A stretch of DNA of 64,000 nucleotides from Batkoa obscura (GCA_030770535.1 JASVEC010000002.1:682001-746000); one strand, 5' to 3'. Positions 1-13,142 are shown, counted from the stretch's first letter. Notes: generated from the sequence alone by a model not told the origin. A program made the numbers and translations.

Positions 1-796
1 TGCATCTGCTTGTTTATCAGCTTCTCTACGACGGACGATTTCTCTAATTAAGTTAGAAAAAATCAATTCAATATTAATTCTTTCCTTTGCTGATGATTCA
101 ATAAATAAAGCGTCAATAGATTCAGCATACGCTTTAGCATCTGCCTCAGTTACTTCTCTAAGATCTTGTAAATCGCATTTGTTTCCCACCAATATCATAG
201 GGCACTAAAAATAAATCATTATAGAATACTATATAATACTAGAAAAGTAATTTACAGGTATTTCTTCACGCGCTCTCATGACCTGGGAACGAATAGAATT
301 CAATTCATCAAACGAAGATTTTAAAGTTATTGAATAGACTAATAAGAATCCATCACCACCTCTCAAGAATTTATCTGACCATAGCCCACTATTTAAAATA
401 TTAGTATTTCAAATAAATTTCAGTCATCTTATCCTACCGATATTCTTCTTGCCCAGCGGTATCCGTGATATCTAACTGATATTCTACACCATCGACAGTA
501 AAATTTTTACTGTATGAATCCTCTATTTAAATGTTAGTATCAAAATGATTATTGTATAGATAAGCTTACCAATTGTAGGATCATACCTGAATTGTAAATA
601 GATATAAAAACAAGGTAAGTAAAACATAATAAAGATGATAATGAAATTACTCTTCCATAAATCTAAAATGAAAATTATTATAAATAAAAAACAGATTTAA
701 TAATAATTACTGATTATTAATAAATGAAATCGTTGTGGCCGATTTACCAACACCACCTGATCCCAACACAACAATATTTAACTTTTCTGTAAGCAT
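1..796 (-). CDS. Ras-family small GTPase, at least 6 exons, 3' end runs off the window
   Basis: Manual splicing with exons 796-711, 662-651, 586-570, 522-438, 388-256 and 204-<1, all introns GT-AG. Gives MLTEKLNIVVLGSGGVGKS (G1), YDPTIEDSY (effector loop), DTAGQEEY (G3), NKCD (G4) and ESSAK (G5). Confidence 0.93.
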
Positions 797-1519
797 TGTA
801 TTAAGTCTATTAATAATGGTTGTTAATAAATGTATAATGAATTGAAGTGACGTTACTTTAAATTATCTAATTAACTAAATAAGCAGAAAAAGGATACCAG
901 TCGTTTTTCCTTAAGTTTAATATTATAAAAGGCAATTAAGTTAGTGAGAGTAAACTAACGAAAATTAAAAAAATAGCAAAAGAACTTCATATAACTATAT
1001 ATTTATATTGAATAATTGTAAAAAATCATCAGCCTCAAACGTCAATCCTTAGTTTGAAAAATTGCTTATTTTTTAATATATGTTATTGATTTAAGATCAC
1101 CAAAGTTTAATTTTAATTGTATTTTATTGCATATAAATTTAAACTCTCATACCCTCGATTTTTTAGCTTAAATTTGTTGATCTTTTTATGCTTTATGAAT
1201 TCCACCAATTAAAAAAAAGCAAGTACTGTTTTATTGATTTTCAATAAAATTAGGTTTATTAAATTTAATAAATTTAATTTAACTGAATCTGATACAATGA
1301 CATTTAAAGTAATAAAAGTTACTATATTTGAAGTGAGGAAGTTACTTCGATTTTATAATTTCAAAAAACTAAAAAAATTATTTTTACTTTAGGAAAATAT
1401 TTAACAATCTAAGATAACCTTACTGAAATTTAACTGTTAAGTAACTGTCCATTTCTACAAACTAATCTCTCATTTTGTATGTTTAACAAACAATAAACTA
1501 CCAGAATCAGTATCAGTTT

Positions 1520-1593
1520 GCTTCGGTAGTGTAGTTGGTTATCACGTCACCCTTACAAGGTGAAGGTCTCCAGTTCGAACCTGGGCTGAAGCA
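1520..1593 (+). tRNA. tRNA-Val(TAC)
   Basis: Acceptor stem GCTTCGG/CTGAAGC, anticodon arm TCACC-CTTACAA-GGTGA, T-loop TTCGAAC. Confidence 0.93.
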
Positions 1594-1884
1594 ATACCTT
1601 TTACTGAAACTGGGCACCTTAGTACTTTCAATAAGGGTGGGATATACCTTTACAAAATGTCATAAATAACCACTGTTGAAAAATTGAACAAATTTTTCTA
1701 AAGTTCATAGCTTGTAGTTGCTCATGACTAGAATAAAAGTTATAAAAAGTACACAAATTAAAAAAACGTTTCTTGTAATTACTCATTAGAAAATAGAAAC
1801 TTAAAAAGGCTATACAGAGTTTAATTTTTTTAGTGTAAAACTCTAGTCAAAGAACTATATTGAATTCAATAATTTTCATTATAT

Positions 1885-1980
1885 GGGGATGTTTTTTTTG
1901 GCTTCATTACTTTTTCCATTCTTTAAGCACTATTTGAGTGGAAACTTTATTAAAATTGTTAAATATAAAAATACATCCCC
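1885..1980. mobile_element. MITE family copy (~97 bp)
   Basis: GGGGATGT...ACATCCCC termini, ATAT TSD on both sides. Confidence 0.9.
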
Positions 1981-2966
1981 ATATGGTTAATATTACTTGA
2001 AAAAATTTAAGTCAAGATAATATAGGATTTTTGAATGAAATTTTAAAGTGTAACTGAACAAATTTGAAAAGGAACATAAGAGTGGATTTTACAGCCACAA
2101 AAATATATTATAACTCTAATTATGAATTCTTTTAATAGAATCCAATAGTAATTTTACCAAGTATAGAATGAAAATTCAGATTAGCTAGCTAGAGTGTCTG
2201 TCAAAGACGGACCTTTTTACTGGAAAAATATGGTAGACTATTTCAAATGCTTCTATCTAATCTGGTCTATTAAAAAGATGTTCTCCGTACAGTAATGTTT
2301 TTCCTTGAGGATTTATTTAATAATTTGTTCAAACTGTAAGTTGCTCAAAAGATGGATAAAATATTGAAAAAAAATACATTTACATATCGATATTATAATA
2401 GGCCATAGTAAAAAAGCCTTTTAGTTAATTGCAAACTGCTTTTCTAAAAGGCCGAGCTTCTTTGCTTTAGAATACTAAATAACTACTAACAGTATTGATA
2501 ACTAAGTAAAGCTGACTAAAGATAAAAGACGATTGCTTTAAGCCAAACTATAATTCAATTTAAAACCAGTGTTTATCCAAAAAGCTAATCATTAAAATGA
2601 CATCATATTTAGTTTATTAAGGAAAGTACAATTGACAGTAAAGGCTTATAAGATGGAAGAAATGACCTAATAATATGTTAAAAGTAAATAAAAAATTATA
2701 TTTGAAACTTATTTGGTTTATATTATTGAATGTCTAAAAATAAATGTCATTTAATCAATTAATATTAGTAAAAAATTCATATTAAAATAATGATGAAAAG
2801 TTAAATCATGGATAAACAAAGTATTAAGTGAAACTATGCTAAGCCATAGAAGCTAATAAAGTAACTGCATTACAGAGGCTTACTCATTTTTCAAAGTAAA
2901 ACTAATAGTCAAATTAGTATAAATAGAATTGAAGGGAAGGAAACAGAATTTATCAAATCATCAAAA

Positions 2967-3497
2967 ATGAAATTTATTTATCTTATCCCCACTCTATTAT
3001 CCAGCCTGGTACTTTCCCAAAACACTTTAGTAGAAAATATCCAAATTTGTATCCGTAATTGTCAATCGGCTAACAATGTTCAATGTGTAGGTCAATGTGT
3101 TGCTGGCTACGGTATGAACGTTCCAGATAGTACTATTGGTGAAATTATCAATGGTATTAACAATAGTAACAACAGCCAATCTGGATCCGCAAATTCTTCA
3201 GCATCCATTAATCCTTCTCAATCATCTGCAGCTAGTTCAATGGCTTCAGAGTCTTCTTCTTCTGTGGCTAGTTCAATAGCTTCAGAATCTTCTTCCCTTA
3301 TCAGCTCTTTATCTTCCGCTTCAACTTCTATTTCTAGTGCCTTGTCGTCGGCTTCTGCTTCACTCTCTAGTGTATCGAGCTCAAAAATATCTTCTATCAA
3401 ATCATCTATGAGTGCAAATGGATCAAATGGTAATTATATTTATCCTTCAATTACATTTATTGCCGTTAGCAATATTATCTTAGCTTATTCTATGTAG
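2967..3497 (+). CDS. Secreted Ser-rich, probably GPI-anchored protein with an N-terminal CX3CX6CX3C motif
   Basis: Signal peptide, CIRNCQSANNVQCVGQC, Ser-rich stalk, hydrophobic C-terminus. Paralogue at 4066-4539. Confidence 0.85.
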   Translation: MKFIYLIPTLLSSLVLSQNTLVENIQICIRNCQSANNVQCVGQCVAGYGMNVPDSTIGEIINGINNSNNSQSGSANSSASINPSQSSAASSMASESSSSVASSIASESSSLISSLSSASTSISSALSSASASLSSVSSSKISSIKSSMSANGSNGNYIYPSITFIAVSNIILAYSM

Positions 3498-3836
3498 ATG
3501 GTGTATGTACACTTATTTAATAAAAATCCTTAATAAAGTCATTCTGTAGCTATTCAAATAACTTTTTGTTTTTTATCTACAAATTTATAATTTTTTAGCT
3601 ATGACAATTTATCTAAAAAAATGCTTGATCATTTTTGTTCTAGTTTGTTCAAAATAAAATATTTCAGAAAAATGCTTTAGAAAAAAAGCCTTCTTTTTAC
3701 ACCAAATTAAGCGTTGTAGTGAATATTACTTACACACACATTTACAAACTTACAGTGGTTATACTACTAATATCAAGGAACTTTCATCAACTAAGTTATT
3801 TGATACTCTTTTCCGTTCCTTTGATTATTATTATAT

Positions 3837-3926
3837 TGAGATGTACTTTTTTAAGGATTTTACTAATGATTTCCATTCAAATAGTGCTTAAAAAACGGAA
3901 GTAATGGAACCAAAAAAAACATCCCT
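3837..3926. mobile_element. MITE family copy, degenerate
   Basis: Internal sequence matches the family consensus; termini eroded. Confidence 0.75.
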
Positions 3927-4065
3927 AAGTTTAAAATCATTTTATATCCTCTAAAGTCAAAATCATATCTTAATCAATCTCCGAATAAGAATCAGACACT
4001 GTTTTTGATAAAATAAAATGCTATCTTTAATGTATTAAAATATTTATTTCTTAAATTACGATCGT

Positions 4066-4539
4066 TTAGATTAAAGTGGAGAGGAAAGGTACAGCGAAAA
4101 CGATAGCAGAAATGCTATTTACATATTGGTTAGATGTATTACCGCCAGTAACTGATTTAGATAAAGAAGATAATTTAGATGATGCTTCAGACTTAATAGA
4201 TGAAGATGCGCTAGAAAGGACGCTAGAAACTGATGATGCACTAGAAGAGATAGAGCTGGAAACAGAGCTTTGACTGTTATCCATAGAGGTACTAGTTTGA
4301 ACAACTACTACAGTAGTTGAGCTACTACCACTTGGGGATTGAGATCCTTGGCCACTCGCACTGCTACTTGGTGTAACTCCGGTAGGAAGCAAGGTTTGAC
4401 CAAATGAAGCAACACATTGGCCGATACATACAAAATCACTAGAAGATCTGCAGTTTTGAACACAAGAATCGAATTGTTGTCTTACAGGGTCTTGGCAGTA
4501 AACCAAAGGTAAAATGGATAATAAATAGGCGATTTTCAT
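4066..4539 (-). CDS. Secreted Ser-rich, probably GPI-anchored protein (paralogue of 2967-3497)
   Basis: Signal peptide, CVQNCRSSSDFVCIGQC, Ser-rich stalk, hydrophobic tail. Confidence 0.85.
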   Translation of the reverse strand: MKIAYLLSILPLVYCQDPVRQQFDSCVQNCRSSSDFVCIGQCVASFGQTLLPTGVTPSSSASGQGSQSPSGSSSTTVVVVQTSTSMDNSQSSVSSSISSSASSVSSVLSSASSSIKSEASSKLSSLSKSVTGGNTSNQYVNSISAIVFAVPFLSTLI

Positions 4540-5690
4540 TATGAATTAAATTAAGATAAAAAATGAAATTTTGAAGTAATGATAGCTTTTACTTTGATCT
4601 GTTTTATACTTTTTCTTGCTTTGAATATGAGGTAATCATGACATGAAATAAATTCATCGACTGGAATTCAAACTTAATACATTTCCATTTAGTAAACTTT
4701 TATGCCAGACGCTTATTTCGTTAAATAATGTTTTGAATTGATTTAGCTAAGCCTTATTTTGTGAAAATCTTAATTTATATCTAAAAATATCTGAAATTTA
4801 TAAACTTAATAATTATTACAAAATTTCTCCTTTAAATATTATATTTGACTACAAATAAATATAATATCGTATTGGTATATAGAACATCGTATTTTTTTAT
4901 AGTATAAGTCCCAAATAATAATAATAATAACAGTAATAATAATTTATTTTCATCTTTTATGAACATAATATATTTAAAGCTAATAACTTATGCAAATTTC
5001 CGTGGCAAATTGTTTTGTTATTTTTATGCATAGTCATTAAATTAATTTTGTAATGATATTTTATTATTATTTCAAAATGATCGCACATTTAAAGTATTTA
5101 CTTCATACTTAATAGCTTGCTCAAATATCAATTTATAAAAGGCTATTAATGAAAGGGAAGCTTTGTAAGCTTTTAAGTATTTAAATATTTAACATTTGAC
5201 CAAAATGGAACTAATTCTTTTAAGTATAAGTGCATTTATAGCATTTAAAAAAACAGTTGATAGATTTAAGTTTAAAATTCGACCATATCTCAAGATTATA
5301 AAAATATTGAGTGTACAAAATTATCAATTCATGTATATTTAATGTTTTAAATGAATATTTTTTTGAAAGTATTAAATGTATTAAAAAAGTTGTTCTAGGT
5401 AAAAACAATTACTATACTAATATTACCTTTTATCCTTAAAACTGATTAAAATACTATATTGTGAAAACTTAAAGATAAAACATTTACACTGCTTTGTTTA
5501 CAATTAATTTAAGATTCATATTTAATAAAATATTGGTAAAAAAAACTTGTATTGATAAATTTTCGTGCTTTTTAGATATAGTTAACTTTTGGCAAATATT
5601 TAGATTTATAGCTTTCCAATATAAAGAAATAAAATAAAAACGAACTATTTTATACACTTATTAATAATTAACATAAATTATATAGCATAT

Positions 5691-5787
5691 GGGGATGTGT
5701 TTTTTTGTTTAAGAATTTTACTACAATCTTTCCACTCAAACAGCGCTTAAAAAATGGAAAAATAATGAAACTAAAAAAAACAGCCCC
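5691..5787. mobile_element. MITE family copy
   Basis: GGGGATGT...ACAGCCCC, ATAT TSD. Confidence 0.9.
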
Positions 5788-6065
5788 ATATACAAGTTAA
5801 TAATTTTACTAAGTTTGATATTGATTGTAAAATTATTTAATTTACTTTAAAAGGTAAATTACTTTTTTTTCAAAAACTGCAATATTTTTCCGAGTTTTCA
5901 AAGTTTAACATAAATGATTCTTTTATTTGTTGTATAGCTAGGCTTTTGGATCGAATAATGTATCCAACTTTTTATTAGTTACATAAATTTATATTAAAAC
6001 TTGACCTTTATATATAATAAAGAAAATAGCTTTAATTTAACTTATTGGCTTTTTCGATTTAATAT

Positions 6066-6163
6066 GGGGGTGTTTTTTTTGATTTCATCACTTTTTCTAT
6101 TTTTAAGCGCTATTTGAGTGGAAAGATTGTTAATAAATTCTTGAATAAAAAAAACATATCTCC
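6066..6163. mobile_element. MITE family copy
   Basis: Family consensus, ATAT TSD. Confidence 0.88.
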
Positions 6164-6201
6164 ATATAAACTTTGAGTTTATACAAAATAAGCAACTATA
6201 T

Positions 6202-6297
6202 GGGAGTGTTTTTTTTACTTCATTATTTTTTCATTTTTAAGCGCTATTTAAGCGGAAAAATTGTTAGCAAAATCCTTAAACACAAAAATACATCCCC
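6202..6297. mobile_element. MITE family copy
   Basis: GGGAGTGT...ACATCCCC; TSD degraded. Confidence 0.88.
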
Positions 6298-6798
6298 AGT
6301 GTTTAATAAAACAATACATTTTTAAAGATTACCAATCTACTTTATATTAAACTTTTATAAGCTCTAGTTTAAGATCATTATAATTTATTTATTTATTTAT
6401 TTATTTATTTTAAAAATTGATAATAAAAATAATTTAAAAGTTGCTTTTTTGTAATGATTTGTATTTTTAATGTTTCTTATATTTATATATACTTATAATA
6501 TCTTTTTTTTAATTTTAAAAAACTTTACTTGCTTTTTTTGATATATTTTTTACTTTTTAAAATTTATTTATAACTCTTCATTTATAACTTTTTATTCTTT
6601 ATTTTTCATTATAAATAATTGTTTTTAAAAAGTATAAAGAATGACTTTACTATAATATGTAAATATTTTTAAAAATTTGTTTAAATAGAATTTTAATTGG
6701 AAAAGGAGTTTTTTTAGATATTCGTTTTTTCAAATTTCTATTTATTTATATAACAAATTTTACTAAAACACTATGACCATTGATTTTAATCAATATAT

Positions 6799-6898
6799 GG
6801 GGATGTATTTTTGTATTTAAGGATTTTACTAACAATTTTTCCGCTTTAAATAGTGCTTAAAAAATGGAAAAAATAATGAAGTCAAAAAAAACACTCCC
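6799..6898. mobile_element. MITE family copy
   Basis: GGGGATGT...ACACTCCC, ATAT TSD. Confidence 0.9.
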
Positions 6899-6984
6899 AT
6901 ATATTTATTCATTAGCTAAATAGTTTCTATATAGCTTTTTGAAATTAGTTTTATAATTTATAATATAATTTAAATTTGATATAT

Positions 6985-7086
6985 AAGGGTGTTTTTTTTG
7001 ACTTTATCACTTTTTCCCTTTTAAGCGCTATTTTACCTAAGCGGAAAAATTGTTAGTAAAATTTTTAAACACAAAGATATAGCCTT
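6985..7086. mobile_element. MITE family copy, degenerate
   Basis: Internal consensus retained; termini mutated to AAGG...CCTT. Confidence 0.8.
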
Positions 7087-7716
7087 ATTTACTCTTTTAT
7101 TTACTTTTATTTTGTTTAAATTTTTTTATTATAATTTAAAAACAGCTTTAATTGATTTTTTTATAGGTTTTTGACTTTTTAAGTTCTTCAGCTTTTTAAT
7201 AATTTCAATTGTTCTTTATTTTTAAGATTAAAAGTTTTATAAACCTTGGATAGCGTTTTTTCCTTTCATTATAAATAGTATATATTATTAACTATATAGC
7301 TCTTTTTTGTATTTTTGTTATTTTTATAACAGCTTAAAAATACCTTTTTTTGGCAAAGACTTTAATTATATTGTTTATAGTTTTAAGAAAAGCTTATATT
7401 ATCTAAAATATTATAAAATTTTAAGTTTTTAACTTAGATTAATTTTTGATTTAATTTCTTTCTTTTAACCATACTATCAATTGCTTGAAATTATTTATAA
7501 GAATTATAAACATGTTGTAATTGTTTCAATGTTTTAAATAGTGGGTTATTATATTTAGCAGTTTTGCTAAAAGATTTTTATTTTTAAATTGACTTTTATT
7601 AAGTTTTACTAATAATAGTTTACTGCTTATGATTCTATGCTTAAAACAGTTTATAATGCAACTTTATTTGCTTTTACTTTCATAGCCTTATCACCTTTTT
7701 TCCCTAACTTATATTT

Positions 7717-7813
7717 AAAGGTGTTTTTTGGTCTCATCGCTTTTTCCATTTTTTAAGCGTTATTTGAATGGAAAAACCATTAGTAAAATCCTTAAACATA
7801 AAAATACGTACTC
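7717..7813. mobile_element. MITE family copy, degenerate
   Basis: Internal consensus retained, ATTT TSD on both sides. Confidence 0.8.
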
Positions 7814-8428
7814 ATTTTCTCTTGTAAGTAAACATCTGGGATTCTGGCTCTGAAGGTTTTAAAAAACACACGTCTTTGATGATTATATTAAAAATAGCTT
7901 ATATAAAAAATATTTTCATACTTACATTTAAAAGCTATGACATGAAATTCCAATAATTAATAATAGCTTATTTAGCCTTCCAAGTAATTGTGCAACTTTA
8001 GTTATTCAGAAATTAATAAGCTGGTTAAACTTTCCATATATTAATTTATTAAAGAACCTACCTTTTTAGCCAAGAAATAGATACAAGCTTTTAACGTAAT
8101 GATGATTTGAACAGTCTTAAGCGGCCTTTTATATTTAACCCAAACATTTCGAAATTAAAATTTACCAAGCAAAATAAGTGAATTTTATAGCTATTAGTCA
8201 GCTAAATCATGGTTCTAAGCATGAATAGAATAGAAAATTGGCCAACTTAAAGCCAATAAAGTTTAACATTTTGAACTCAATTCTTAAGCAATCAAAATTT
8301 AAAAATAACTTGAAATTAAAACATCATAAATAATTTCAAATACACCAATTATTAAATCATACTAAGTGAAAATAAGATATATAAATCTAAAATATGATAG
8401 TTCATTAATATTAAAAAAACATCCAATT

Positions 8429-8866
8429 ATGAAATTTTATTACTTATTACCTCTTCTCTCTTTCGCAGCTACTCAAGATACCATATCTACTAGTACCGAT
8501 TCCAATAGCAATAGTATGACTGACAACTCAAGTACAGCTACAGCTACAGCTACTAGTAGCACCATGTTACCAACCTATACTTCGATTAGTGATATGGATT
8601 TATTAGCCAATTTTGGTCAACAAGCGATTGTATGTGCACCAGCAATGTTACAATATCAATTATTTGTTAAATTATTACCATCTGATATTAAATCCGAAAT
8701 TGGTTCTATTATTGATAGTTATCAAAGTAGTATGAGTGCTTCAAGTACTTCATCCAATGATTCTTCATCCACTATTGCTACTTTGACTGTTTTGTCAACT
8801 GCTTCTAATACCAATGATTCATCAGAAATCTCGTCAGACACCACTGTTACTTCGACTTCTAGTTAA
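8429..8866 (+). CDS. Secreted Ser/Thr-rich protein of unknown function
   Basis: ATG at 8429 starts signal peptide MKFYYLLPLLSFAATQ. Ser/Thr-rich flanks surround a short non-repetitive core. Confidence 0.75.
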   Translation: MKFYYLLPLLSFAATQDTISTSTDSNSNSMTDNSSTATATATSSTMLPTYTSISDMDLLANFGQQAIVCAPAMLQYQLFVKLLPSDIKSEIGSIIDSYQSSMSASSTSSNDSSSTIATLTVLSTASNTNDSSEISSDTTVTSTSS

Positions 8867-9098
8867 ACTATATAATTGTATTGAATAATTTAAATAAACT
8901 GTATATGCTATAATATATATATTGAATTTTTTTATTAGATTTATCAAATCAATTTTCTTCAAAGTTAATAAAAAATATTGATTCTTTTTTAATATATACA
9001 AAAATTATTTAAAATACAATATAGATAAATACTATTTTGATTATAAATTTTGTAAAACTCTATATTTGTTGATTAGTAATAAAAACTATCAATTCATT

Positions 9099-9180
9099 CG
9101 ACACCTGCAGGATTTGAACCTGCGCGGGGAAACCCCATGAGCTTTCTAGGCTCACGCCTTAACCGCTCGGCCAAAGTGTC
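9099..9180 (-). tRNA. tRNA-Ser(AGA)
   Basis: GACACTT/AGGTGTC acceptor stem, TGAGC-CTAGAAA-GCTCA anticodon arm, long variable arm GGGG-TTT-CCCC, G discriminator. Confidence 0.93.
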
Positions 9181-9819
9181 TTATTGTTGTATGGCTATCT
9201 TTAAGTTTATATATAATTTTGTTCAAATTTTGAAATAACATAATTTAAATATAAATCTAATAGTCAATCATTTTAATAGTTATTTTGCTTTACTATTATT
9301 ATCTAAAAATCGTTTAATTATTTTAACTTTAAGTATAAAGTTTACAATATTCAATCAGATAAGATAAAATTAAATTTATCTTGTTTTGATATTAGTTGAT
9401 TTTATTTAAAAATAAATCAAAATGAATGCTATCATTAAACCTATATTAAAATATTTTAGTTACAAATTAAAAACAATAAAAACATTTAATTATAAGGTAT
9501 CTATTAGATTTTAGATAGTTATCTTTCTAATCCAGTTTAACTCAGTATTAATTTAATTTTTTAAATACTATAAATAATATGAATTTATTTTAAATATAGA
9601 TATATACTTAAAAAAAATTAGCAAGATAAGTATTCTACTTTAAATTTTAAAATTTTAATTTTATAGCTTATTAAAACAGCAGTATGATACTGTTATTAAA
9701 TTATATAAGTCATCAAAATTATTTTATTTTCTTATTTTCTTATATAACATTTGAAATATTAGTAAAATTTTGAAAGGGTATAAATATTTTCAATACGTAA
9801 ATCTTAACAAGTACAAAAT

Positions 9820-9891
9820 GGGCGTATAGCTCAGTGGTAGAGCAATCGACTGCAGATCGATAGGTCCCTGGTTCAAATCCGGGTGCGCCCT
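9820..9891 (+). tRNA. tRNA-Cys(GCA)
   Basis: GGGCGTA/TGCGCCC acceptor stem, ATCGA-CTGCAGA-TCGAT anticodon arm, TTCAAAT T-loop. Confidence 0.95.
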
Positions 9892-10016
9892 TGTAAGATA
9901 ATCCAGCTTTTTTATAGCAAATAATATATATAAAAATATTAACTGTTTTTTATTTTTTATTTTGTAAAAAAAACACTTTCTTTTTTATTTCTATTCTTCC
10001 AGTTTATCTCTTTGAA

Positions 10017-11596
10017 TTAATTAAATCCAGATGGCGATAGACACCTTGGTGGTGATAATATAACATCCGTTCTTTCATTTAAATCAATTAATTTACCTGC
10101 CTGATATAACAATTGTTCTTTAAAATTTTGATCAATTTGATGATATTTATCAAATATAATGACTCGATTGGTTGTAATCGCTGAGTAATTAGGATCGGGT
10201 AAAGAGTTTAGATATGAGTTGGAGGGACTAGAAAAGGAGGTAGTCTTGAGACGTTGAGAATCATAATAGGTTTGTTTTATTAAATTCAAAAATTGTTCAT
10301 CCATTGATTTCATTACTCTTAATAGTTCTCGTGTTACTGGTTTACGTTCATTTATTCGTTCTTGTCTATTATTAAATTTGCTTTTTAAGGGATAAATATT
10401 TATAAAACGTTCTTTTTCAACCTTAAGTTTGGGAGATTTTATGCAAATCTCATTTGCTTCTTTACTTGTTTTTTCTTTTGCTTTCTCAATGCGGGTTATT
10501 TCTATCTGCTGTTTTTTATAATTTTGTTGTTCTTTCTTAGTTTCGATTAGTGCTAATATTTAATTAAATTTAAAATGAAGACTATTATTATTGAAAATTT
10601 TACATTACCTTTCTTTTTCACTTGTTGAATTTCTTCGTCGGTACCATCTTCACTTGTTTCATCTGAGCTATTGTCTATATTAGCTAAATAAATTAAGTTT
10701 TAAAATTTATTATAAAAGTAGTAAATATAACTTACTTTTTGATTTATTTTGTTTAGTTTTATTATTATTATTGTCATTTTTATTATATTTAGTGATGACT
10801 TTATTATTTTCTTCATTATCTTCTTTATTGTCTATCTCTTCATTACTCAAAAAATTTTGTTTAATTTTTTTTAATTTAATATTTTGAATCAATTGATTTA
10901 ATTCATTTTCGTAATTATCAACTATATTTTCCTTAAAAAATAAAATGATTAATTAACTTTAAAAATAATACAATAAAATAATATTAGATTTACCATAGTA
11001 TTAACTAAATTTTCGTCAATTCCATTAATTTGCTTTATTTTTTTTTTATATTCTTGAGTTAGAATATCTAGTTCTGATATTACTTTAAGATTACTACAGT
11101 TAGACACAGTAGATTGTAATTTATTAGTTTCAATATCATTATCTTTTGATATTTGTATTTTATCTATTTTATCTATTATAAAAAGTTAGAATCTACTTTT
11201 ACTTTTACTTTTAATTTTGAAACTCACTATTTTCTTCTATAAGTTGATTATTATCTGTTATATCAATTTCATCTTCATTCGTTATCCTTGAAGTTTTATT
11301 GTTTACTAAAAAATATATTTGATTTTATTACTCTTTCTTTTAAAAAGAAAAAAGAAAGAATTTACTATTATTTTCACGTTGTTGAAATATATCTAATAAA
11401 ACAAAATAAAATAAAATAAAATAAAATAAAATAAAAGTTTACCTTCAAAAAAAAGGTTCATATTCATCTCTAATATTTCACTTTTAAAATTATCTTCAAA
11501 TAAAATTTCACTATCTTGATATTGTTTTCCTTTTGTTTCTTCTGTTATTAACCATGGTTTTGATAAAGTATTGATTTTTTTTCCAGTATGTGGCAT
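10017..11596 (-). CDS. Hypothetical low-complexity (N/K/E-rich) protein, 7 exons
   Basis: Six GT-AG introns (e.g. 11393-11442, 11306-11365, 11173-11227) join the ORF-track fragments at 11596, 10892 and 10313 into one open frame ending ...SPPRCLSPSGFN*. Confidence 0.7.
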
Positions 11597-11798
11597 ATCA
11601 AGTGGAATAATTGAGATTGAAGTTTAATAAACAAATATTTAATTAATTTTTATGAACAATTTAATAAAAAGCTTATTGAAATTAAAAGGAGCGATTTCAT
11701 TGGTTTAAAAAATTAGCATGAATGAATTTATTTTTCTTATAAAGAAATTCATTAAAGAAATTCATTCCTTTTCTTTCACTTTTGAATTATTTTCAATA

Positions 11799-12561
11799 AT
11801 GGAGTTTAGTTTATTACCTGATTTAATATTAGAACAAATATTATCTTATATAAAACCAATTGAACTGTATTTGTTATTAATTATTAATAAACGATTCAAT
11901 CAATTAATTCAACCTATCTTATCTTCTTATTTCAATTATTCTATGATATATAATTATAATAAAAAAGGCAATGAAATTCAATTAAAATATATAAGAAATC
12001 ATCCTAATAAAATAATTCATTTAATAATTAATAATAAAAATCAATTAAAGTTATTAAATCAATGTAAAAATATAAGAATATTACAATTCTTACCTTTTAC
12101 TTTGAATTTAATTAAATTACAAGAATATAATTTTAGTAATTTTAATAATTTAACTAAATTAATATTTACGGAATCTAATTCATCAATTGATACTTTTTTA
12201 TTATGTTTTGTTTCAATATTAAATAATATACAAGATTTGGAAATTACATACAAATTGATATCATTAGACGATTTATTATTATATTTAAATAAGAATAAAT
12301 TTAAGAGATTAAAATTAAATAGTGAAAATATACATTTAGATGGTTTAGAAAAGTTAAAGAAATTCAATAAATTTCATACATTAATTATTAAAGCGGATTA
12401 TTTAACATTTGATATTAATTATAATGATACAAGTGATTTTTTAGGATTAAAAACATTAGATATTAATTTAAAAAGAGATTATAATATTGATATTAAATAT
12501 TTTGGTAATTTAAATCAATTAATAAAAGTAAATCTAAGTTTCAATTGTAATCAACAAGTAT

Positions 12562-12621
<60 letters not shown>

Positions 12622-13142
12622 TTCAAATATTAGGAATTAAATATAATCAATTTTTAAATTATAATTCATTAATAAATTTTAATAACTTAAATTATTTATG
12701 TATTACATGTACAAAAGATATTCACTTAATGTTAATTAAATTATTACCAATATTATCAATACAAATATTAGAATTAATAGATATTGTTGGTTATTTTAAA
12801 TATTTCCAATTAAATCAATATGATTTATTAAATCAAAACTTAATAAATGAAGATTATTACAAACAAAATAAGTATAATCAATTAATAAAATCAAAAACAA
12901 TATTAAAATTAATATTAAAAGTCGGTATAATATCTATTTCCAATTTAATTCATTTATTTAACTTAGTTCCTAATTGTAATATCTTATTATTATTATCGAT
13001 CTTTATTGACAATAGTCTATTGAATTCACCTATTTTAAATAACATTCAGAAAGAAATTAATATTTATTCAGATAATCACGATAATTCAATTGTTAATTTA
13101 ATTCATCAAAATATACCTTCACTTACTTGGCATTTATTATAG
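11799..13142 (+). CDS. F-box / leucine-rich-repeat-like protein
   Basis: N-terminal F-box LLPDLILEQILSYIKPIELYLLLIINKRFNQLI followed by LxxL-type repeats. Likely start is ATG 11799 (the ORF track starts at 11718). Confidence 0.82.
12563..12620 (+). repeat. (AAT)n microsatellite encoding poly-Asn inside F-box gene 1
   Basis: Pure AAT run, in frame. Confidence 0.95.

Noticed and set aside
11718..11798. Upstream ORF-track starts (also 8366, 17315, 34514, 37622, 42431)
   Set aside because: Downstream ATGs place the signal peptide or F-box at the N-terminus. Most of the extensions begin at non-ATG codons or overlap AT-rich promoter sequence.
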